IMG/VR virus record: IMGVR_UViG_3300017700_000514
Location: 1 to 40,298 of that record
Strand: one strand, 5' to 3'
DNA length: 40,298 nucleotides
DNA from: a virus
Taxonomy: Duplodnaviria; Caudoviricetes
In this document: positions 35,103 through 40,298 of the stretch, piece after piece
Layout of the letters: the number at the start of each line of letters is the position of its first letter
How positions within the stretch are numbered: position 1 is the first letter of the stretch
Notes under the pieces: model-generated
Database searches by the model: none
Told to the model about the DNA's origin: nothing
The model's input: only the letters and a program-made list of their open reading frames with translations
Made by a program: the position numbers and the translations under genes

Positions 35103-35301
35103 TCACAGTCTGAGCACAGAAAAAAGCACAGTGACCCGGCAAACCCTTGTGGCCCCGTAGCTCAGCTGGATAGAGCGGTCCCCTCCTAAGGGAATCAGCT
35201 CTGAAAACAGCCCACACAGGCCTTATGTTTCAAGGGGTACGGCGGACAGGATGGGCCAGTTTTGGTCAGCTTCGGCCCCAGCCTAAGCACAGTTAGCACA
35301 C
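35103..35301. other. attP (core in tRNA anticodon arm, flanked by AGCACAG arm-type repeats)
   Basis: Non-coding region directly 3' of the integrase; AGCACAG at 35113, 35125, 35286 and AGCACAC at 35295; tRNA fragment in the middle. Confidence 0.8.
35151..35193 (+). pseudogene. 5' half of tRNA-Arg(CCT) (attP homology segment)
   Basis: GGCCCCG TA GCTC AGCTGGATA GAGC G GTCCC CTCCTAA GGGA: acceptor 5' strand, D arm, anticodon arm with CCT at 35185-35187. No T arm (GTTCGA) or acceptor 3' strand follows. Confidence 0.88.
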
Positions 35302-36263
35302 TACTTCCTACGGGACCAAGATCCGATCTTGGAGACTGCCGCTTTGCCAGCCCCGGGTGCATGGTGAGCGTACTGCTCTGTTACTGTGATGCTGGAATGT
35401 CCGGCCAGATCCTTGACTGCATGCAGGCTCACCCCGGACTGTACCAGCGAAGTGCAGAACGTATGGCGTAGCCAGTGTATCGAGCCGGTCAGCCCTGCGT
35501 CTCTCGCTTCCTTGATCGACCAATGTGTCAGCGTGTCCGCCTCCGCATCCACCAGTCGATCCTTCCCGAGCGCCTTCAGTGCGCCCTTGGCAGCCGCGTT
35601 CAGCGGGATAGCCCGCCACCTGAGATTCTTGGTGCGCCCGCTGGCCTCGCTCTCCACGTAGATCATCCCATCCCGAACGTCCGACCGGCGAGCTTTCACC
35701 ACCTCACCACGGCGCAGGCCCGTATTGGCCAGGAACACCCACAGATCGCCATGCACAGCCTTTGCCAGCTTGCGCATCTGTGACGGTCGGTAGTAGGGCG
35801 GGGCGCGGCTGGTGACCGACTTAGGAATGGCTACGCCCAGCATGGGGCTCCGGCTGATCCTGCGCTGCTTTAGGGCCCGGTTGAACGCGGCGCGCGCTAG
35901 CTTCAGCGCTTTCTCTGCTTGGCCCTTCTGGGCCTGCTTGGACGCCCACACTTCGACGGCAGCCGGGTTCAAGTCCTCGGCGCCGCTGCTGTCGAACTCA
36001 TCGCGGAACCTACGTAGACCGCTGGTGGCCTGCCGGTGCGTGCTGGGCCGGGCCGTCAGATACCAGTCCATGTACTCGGTCAGCACGTCGCTGACGGTGA
36101 CGCCACGGGTAACGGTGATCAGCCCCCGGAGTTCTGCCTCTTTCTCGACACGAAAGGCCTCAGCCTGACGCTTTTCAATCGGGCCGAGGGATCGCCTGAC
36201 TTGCTGGCCGTCTTCCCGCCAGTTGAGATACCACCGGCCTCCTCTTTCGTAGATCGTTGCCAA
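35301..36263 (-). CDS. int: Tyrosine integrase
   Basis: TGLRRGE (R), TKN (K), HWLRH, LAGHS, TEQY (Y); N-terminal arm-binding-like WYLNWREDGQQVRRSLG; TTG start. Confidence 0.95.
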   Translation of the reverse strand: MATIYERGGRWYLNWREDGQQVRRSLGPIEKRQAEAFRVEKEAELRGLITVTRGVTVSDVLTEYMDWYLTARPSTHRQATSGLRRFRDEFDSSGAEDLNPAAVEVWASKQAQKGQAEKALKLARAAFNRALKQRRISRSPMLGVAIPKSVTSRAPPYYRPSQMRKLAKAVHGDLWVFLANTGLRRGEVVKARRSDVRDGMIYVESEASGRTKNLRWRAIPLNAAAKGALKALGKDRLVDAEADTLTHWSIKEARDAGLTGSIHWLRHTFCTSLVQSGVSLHAVKDLAGHSSITVTEQYAHHAPGAGKAAVSKIGSWSRRK

Positions 36264-36421
36264 GCGCGGCCAGCCAGTGCCAAATCCAAGGATTGGCGAC
36301 TGTAAACCTTCCGGCCGCCCGAGTCGTTAGCCGGGAGAGCCATGCGCCGGAATGACCGCATGCTGCAGCGACAGTATTCGGCCGCCTCGGGTTCTAGGAG
36401 CCAGTCGGAACTGGTGATCAC
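36119..36421 (-). CDS. xis: Excisionase-like HTH protein overlapping the int 5' end
   Basis: WLLEPEAAEYCRCSMRSFRR...GGRKVYSRQSLD; GAGAGAGG RBS, GTG start. Confidence 0.75.
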   Translation of the reverse strand: MITSSDWLLEPEAAEYCRCSMRSFRRMALPANDSGGRKVYSRQSLDLALAGRAWQRSTKEEAGGISTGGKTASKSGDPSARLKSVRLRPFVSRKRQNSGG

Positions 36422-36837
36422 AGCCTCTCTCCTCGGCATTGCATTAGTTGGAACAGGCTGGCTGCGCTCTTGGTTGGCGCAGCCTCCTCGTGGGGCTTTC
36501 GGTAGGACCGGATATAGCCATGGCAGACCGGGCAGTGCCATATCGTCTTGCTGACCTTTTGCCAGTTGTGCGCGCGCCAGAACTTCACGTCAGGCGACAC
36601 GCGGCGGACAGCACAGTCCTTGGCAAAACTCGGCCACTGATGAACGGACCAAACGCGGGCAGAACTACGGCGTGGGCGATGCCCGTCATCGAACAAAAGA
36701 TCAACTATCAACGCCTCTCCCCATGCGCGATGGGGAATCAAAGTGCGGACCGTGAAGCTGCACCCGCCGCCGAACTTCGGATGATGGATAACATCACCCG
36801 GTTGCGGATTGGTACGAACGTCACGGACCTGGCCCAT
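36418..36837 (-). CDS. Hypothetical protein
   Basis: 139 aa from MGQVRDVRTNPQPGD; WHCPVCHG; coupled. Confidence 0.65.
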   Translation of the reverse strand: MGQVRDVRTNPQPGDVIHHPKFGGGCSFTVRTLIPHRAWGEALIVDLLFDDGHRPRRSSARVWSVHQWPSFAKDCAVRRVSPDVKFWRAHNWQKVSKTIWHCPVCHGYIRSYRKPHEEAAPTKSAASLFQLMQCRGERL

Positions 36838-37277
36838 CACCCCGCCTCCCGGCCTGGGAAAACGAGGAGCAAACAATCAACGGGGCTGTTATGCCCTGGG
36901 CCGTCATGAGTCGGGAGTTCGAACTTTGGACGGCCCTTAAAGAATCTCGGCTTCGCACCCAGTTCGATTGCACGATGGAACCACACAACATTGGTTCGTG
37001 CTGGCACAAGGAAGACAGCCAGATCCGCCGCCGGGGCTTGCTCAATGAAGGGCCGAATGTTCGACCACGGCGGATTACAAAATACACGCTGGCCTTCCCA
37101 GCTAATCGGGGTGACAGCCGTTGATGCGTTTGGAAGTAGCCCGTTACCCGGCTCGCTCGCACCATCCAATGTGAACTGAAACTCATCATCCAGTTGGTCG
37201 AATAGGTAGCGCGGCGTGCGCCAGTTCTGGTGACGACCTTTGCCGTACCAATCGATGTAGGCGGGGACGGCGCTCAT
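36837..37277 (-). CDS. dam: Phage DNA N6-adenine methyltransferase (T1/HP1 Dam-type)
   Basis: WRTPRYLFDQLDDEFQFTLD, VFCNPPW, VFLVPART..WF, FFKGRPKF. Confidence 0.85.
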   Translation of the reverse strand: MSAVPAYIDWYGKGRHQNWRTPRYLFDQLDDEFQFTLDGASEPGNGLLPNASTAVTPISWEGQRVFCNPPWSNIRPFIEQAPAADLAVFLVPARTNVVWFHRAIELGAKPRFFKGRPKFELPTHDGPGHNSPVDCLLLVFPGREAG

Positions 37278-37744
37278 AACTCCCCACCCCTCGCCCCGGC
37301 CCCGTGGAGGGCGGCTGGTAACGGCGGCAGTGGTTGCCACTTGATGGCTGTTCCGGTCTGCATTATGTCGCTGTGGAAGATTCGGCCTGAGCAGTGCGTC
37401 ACCTTGACTACGTATCGCTTCCCATAGTCGGCGTGCGACGGGTTGGCGACGGCCATGCCGTAGTCGTGAACAACGACAACTAATTGCCCATCTTCGGGAA
37501 GCCGATCCTTCACGCTAACCCACTCCCCCACCTCACCGCCCCCAGCGCGGGAAGGGGTGGCTGCGTTAAGTACGCCGGCAAGCCAAGCTGCGTAATCCTT
37601 GCGGTGGTAGTCGTCGATGAAGTCACCGTCAATGACCAGTCGCGCGTCCACGGTGAAGTCGTTGCTGTGTAGCGCCTTGCCATCCTCCGCGACTTTCCAT
37701 GGTCCTTTGTCTGCAATAGTTGGCTGCACCAGCGGCGTGGTCAT
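37274..37744 (-). CDS. DUF551-domain protein
   Basis: EWVSVKDRLPE...WQPLPPLP. Confidence 0.8.
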   Translation of the reverse strand: MTTPLVQPTIADKGPWKVAEDGKALHSNDFTVDARLVIDGDFIDDYHRKDYAAWLAGVLNAATPSRAGGGEVGEWVSVKDRLPEDGQLVVVVHDYGMAVANPSHADYGKRYVVKVTHCSGRIFHSDIMQTGTAIKWQPLPPLPAALHGAGARGGEL

Positions 37745-37908
37745 TCGGATTTCTCCTTCGCGATAACGTGGTCTATCCATTCCTGAGTCGGCTTGTGCCT
37801 ACGATCATCAGCCTCCCAGCGGTTGACGTAGCTACCGTCCTTCATTTTCTTCACGGACCAGCCGTCGTAGATTCCGCGAATCTCGATAAGGCACTCAACG
37901 TCGTCCAT
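37741..37908 (-). CDS. 55-aa hypothetical protein (not in ORF track)
   Basis: GGAGG RBS; MDDVECLIEIRGIYDGWSVKKMKDGSYVNRW...KEKSE; coupled on both sides. Confidence 0.7.
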   Translation of the reverse strand: MDDVECLIEIRGIYDGWSVKKMKDGSYVNRWEADDRRHKPTQEWIDHVIAKEKSE

Positions 37909-39392
37909 CACTCACCCTCCGCCGAACCGGGCGCGGCTGCGATCAATCTGGCTGCGGCGTCTGCGTCGATCACGCGCACCGTTTCCGAACACTCGTCGCA
38001 GCCCAGCACGAACGAACAGCTCACGTCGTGCATACGCAGCCGACCATCGACCACGCCGGAATTGTTCAGTAGGTGAGGTGCCCAACTCAGTTCGGAGCTA
38101 TCGCAGTTCGGACACTTGGGCTTAGCCACCACCATGCCATCGGGGATTGCGGTGGGTGGGGCGGTGTAGAGTTTCGTGCCAACCGGCATGTAGGTCAGCG
38201 CTGCAATCACGGTCCCGATGCCGTCCTTTATTTCATAGTTGGTGACGACTTCCGCAACAGCATCAATCTGGCGCTGGCTGGTGAGGGCGGCTTCTGCAAG
38301 AAATCCGTATGTGGCGGTTAGCTCGTTTACGCGCTGGTTGAGCAGCCTGACTTGATTTGCAAATAGCGGAACTACGGCATCGAGCAACACTCCTGCGCCC
38401 TTGCACCCATCGTGCCCCATAGGTTGGTCGGGATGCTCTTCGCAGAACCACGGAGTTCCTACCAATCGCAGATAGGTGGCAGCGCGCCGCACCATCTTGA
38501 CGGCGTTATCCAAACCGCCCGCAAGCTGCATGGGCACGATGTACGACTCTATACAGTCAGCGAGACTGCTTGCGTCATCCCCATCAGTGGCGACAGGGTC
38601 CGTGGTGGTGGCAGCCATTGGGCAATAGCAGCGGCCGCGCCACTCTCCATTCGGCCCATGTACGTCGCCGGTGTCATCGCAACTCGGGCAACGCGACACC
38701 CCTTCCCCCTGCGATCCGGCAAGGGCGGCTATCGCGGCGTTAATTGCGTCGCGCTCGTCGCAAGGCGCAGGTATGCCAGCGAAAACGGAACCGACCGCTT
38801 TCAGGGTTTTGATGTGCTTTGCGGCATCCCCCTTCCCGGCCTGGATGGCGCGGGCGGTTTCGTAGGCGTCAATCGCAGCTTCCAGTGCGCGCGTATTGAC
38901 GCCGGACGGACACACGCTTTCGTAGGCAATGCGCGCTGCACGGAACGCATCACCCGCCGGCTGCGGGGTGGTGGGCGCGGGCTGGGCTGGTGGGGTGGAT
39001 TTGCGGTTCCAGTCGGTGTTCTCGATTTCGATATGCCAGCCGTTTGGTGCGTCCTTCGGCTTGCCGGGTGCCCACCTGGTTGCCATGTCCTCAGTGTTGG
39101 ATCGCCAGCGCCACTTCGCACCCACATCCTCCCCGCCCTGTGCTTCGCGGGCGCTGGCTGGGGTGCGGGTGTTCCATGCTTTGCGTGCACCGTCAGCACC
39201 CCAGCCGAGTGCCTGCCATCCGCAGTTCTCGTTCGTGCAATTGACAACGAACAGTTGACGGCCAGTATCAGGAAGGCCACGCGGATACGGGCATTCATCC
39301 TGATCAACTACAGCGCCGCAAATACACGGCAGGAACGGGGCAATCGCATCACTCGCCACGTCCTGCTTGGTCGGGGGGTTGGTCATGTTCAT
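37908..39392 (-). CDS. Mosaic multi-module accessory protein with N-terminal Lar-like Zn domain
   Basis: 494 aa from MNMTNPP; LPCICG...VNCTNENCG...ARKAWNTR, then CPSCDDTGDVHG..WRGRCYC and C-terminal CPNC...GCDECSET modules joined by Pro/Ala/Gly linkers. Confidence 0.75.
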   Translation of the reverse strand: MNMTNPPTKQDVASDAIAPFLPCICGAVVDQDECPYPRGLPDTGRQLFVVNCTNENCGWQALGWGADGARKAWNTRTPASAREAQGGEDVGAKWRWRSNTEDMATRWAPGKPKDAPNGWHIEIENTDWNRKSTPPAQPAPTTPQPAGDAFRAARIAYESVCPSGVNTRALEAAIDAYETARAIQAGKGDAAKHIKTLKAVGSVFAGIPAPCDERDAINAAIAALAGSQGEGVSRCPSCDDTGDVHGPNGEWRGRCYCPMAATTTDPVATDGDDASSLADCIESYIVPMQLAGGLDNAVKMVRRAATYLRLVGTPWFCEEHPDQPMGHDGCKGAGVLLDAVVPLFANQVRLLNQRVNELTATYGFLAEAALTSQRQIDAVAEVVTNYEIKDGIGTVIAALTYMPVGTKLYTAPPTAIPDGMVVAKPKCPNCDSSELSWAPHLLNNSGVVDGRLRMHDVSCSFVLGCDECSETVRVIDADAAARLIAAAPGSAEGE

Positions 39393-39481
39393 AGCAGTCC
39401 CATGAAATAAAGTGCGGCAGCAACGGCAAGCAACACCAATGCCGCCCCAGCGAGTACGCCGATTAAAAAGTAGGTGATCAT
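39389..39481 (-). CDS. 30-aa membrane peptide
   Basis: MITYFLIGVLAGAALVLLAVAAALYFMGLL; ATGA overlaps on both sides. Confidence 0.65.
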   Translation of the reverse strand: MITYFLIGVLAGAALVLLAVAAALYFMGLL

Positions 39482-39834
39482 TTCCCATCCCCAGTGTTGT
39501 GTTCCCCATCGCCAGCCAGCAGGGCGCGGAGGCGGTCTATGAAGGTAACCAGCGCCAGTCCGATTGCATGATCCATCTGGTGTGCGTCATCAGTGATCGC
39601 CGCAGCTTCCTCCGCCAACTCATCCGCCAACGCCCTAACCCCAGCAGCCAGCGCAGCACGCTCGGACTCGGCGGCGGTTAGGAGGGATTCGGGTACAAGT
39701 GGAGTGACCGAGGCTTGCTTGCGAACAATCCACGGCTCAATGAACGGAACGCAGCTCAGTGCGTGATACGTTTCGCCGTCATGCTCAAAAACGTACATCC
39801 AACTGACAACCCTCCCGCCAGCGGGCGAGGTCAT
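39478..39834 (-). CDS. Hypothetical protein
   Basis: 118-aa coupled ORF; GGAG RBS. Confidence 0.7.
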   Translation of the reverse strand: MTSPAGGRVVSWMYVFEHDGETYHALSCVPFIEPWIVRKQASVTPLVPESLLTAAESERAALAAGVRALADELAEEAAAITDDAHQMDHAIGLALVTFIDRLRALLAGDGEHNTGDGK

Positions 39835-40025
39835 GGCCTGTCTCCGGATCGCGTCTGTGCTGCACGCCAGCGGGCGCGCTCGTACTCCCCGTCATCACTT
39901 TTAGTTGCCGGATAAACGAGCTGCTTGCAACCAGGGCATCGCGCCGAGTCTTTGCCAATTGCAACCTCGCAGCAAGTTGTGAAAAACGTGCTGTTGTACG
40001 GGCTTGAAAAATAAACGCTGCTCAT
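39831..40025 (-). CDS. Small zinc-ribbon protein
   Basis: FTTCCEVAI...RCPGCKQ; GGAG RBS. Confidence 0.7.
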   Translation of the reverse strand: MSSVYFSSPYNSTFFTTCCEVAIGKDSARCPGCKQLVYPATKSDDGEYERARWRAAQTRSGDRP

Positions 40026-40026
40026 C

Positions 40027-40298
40027 TCAATCTCCAATTATCTCGGCGGGGGTGTTGAGCCATCGGCCGTACTGGTCGCCCAGTACGGCAGCGATGCCAG
40101 GGTATGTCGCGGATCGTTCCAGCCAGCGGTTGTCGCCTGGCGTTAGCTTGTTCTGGCCGCTGTCGGTTTGGTTTTCCCAGCGTGGCAAATACTTCTGGCT
40201 TCCGCAGGTGTCGCATTCGGCCCAGCCATAAGGGAATACGTGACCGTTGCTGCACACAAGGCGGGGCTTCACATAGCTGCCCAATTCCAGCTTTGGCG
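40027..40298 (-). CDS. Cytosine methyltransferase-like protein, 3' part (joins 1..604)
   Basis: RWENQTDSGQNKLTPGDNRWLERSATYPGIA...QY C-terminus, in frame with the left-end ORF. Confidence 0.8.
   Translation of the reverse strand, partial: PKLELGSYVKPRLVCSNGHVFPYGWAECDTCGSQKYLPRWENQTDSGQNKLTPGDNRWLERSATYPGIAAVLGDQYGRWLNTPAEIIGD
40176..40298. repeat. Terminal direct repeat, right copy
   Basis: Identical to 1-123. Confidence 0.95.

Larger units (their letters stand above)
1..40298. mobile_element. Complete temperate podovirus genome (lambdoid regulation, epsilon15/BPP-1-like virion genes), circular, unit length 40175 bp
   Basis: Full phage gene set (integrase, repressor, terminase, portal, capsid, tail tubes, tailspike, lysis); no host genes; intact attP; terminal 123-bp identity with an ORF continuing across it. 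Confidence 0.95.

Noticed and set aside
35151-35230. Full-length phage tRNA gene
   Set aside because: No T arm, acceptor 3' strand or CCA after the anticodon stem, and no matching 3' half seen elsewhere.
39393-39509. N-terminal extension of the 533-aa ORF
   Set aside because: The interval is better explained by a coupled 30-aa TM peptide in another frame and the end of the upstream gene.

Overview
The window is an apparently complete ~40.2-kb GC-rich temperate podovirus genome. It is circular: 1-123 is identical to 40176-40298, and a DNA methyltransferase-like gene reads straight through that junction. The lambdoid control half has cI/cro/cII with 17-bp operators at PL and PR, a Sak4/SSB/YqaJ recombination module, a Zn-finger plus AAA helicase replication module followed by an iteron array, RusA, and a Q-like gene with pR'/tR'. 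It continues into a GH19 endolysin-holin-spanin cassette and an epsilon15/BPP-1-type virion module (TerS/TerL, portal, scaffold, capsid, tail tube A/B, ejection proteins including an SLT, beta-helix tailspike), then tyrosine integrase/xis and a long leftward accessory operon. The most unusual element is the attP, which carries the 5' half of tRNA-Arg(CCT) rather than the usual 3' half, so after integration the intact host tRNA would sit behind phage DNA. Other notable items are a 55-aa gene beside attP that the ORF track omits, a multi-hairpin leader before the capsid gene, a replication module with no primase catalytic domain, a 22-bp-repeat-flanked gene cassette and a repressor without a peptidase domain. 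All product calls come from motif recognition and synteny by eye; no database searches were run.
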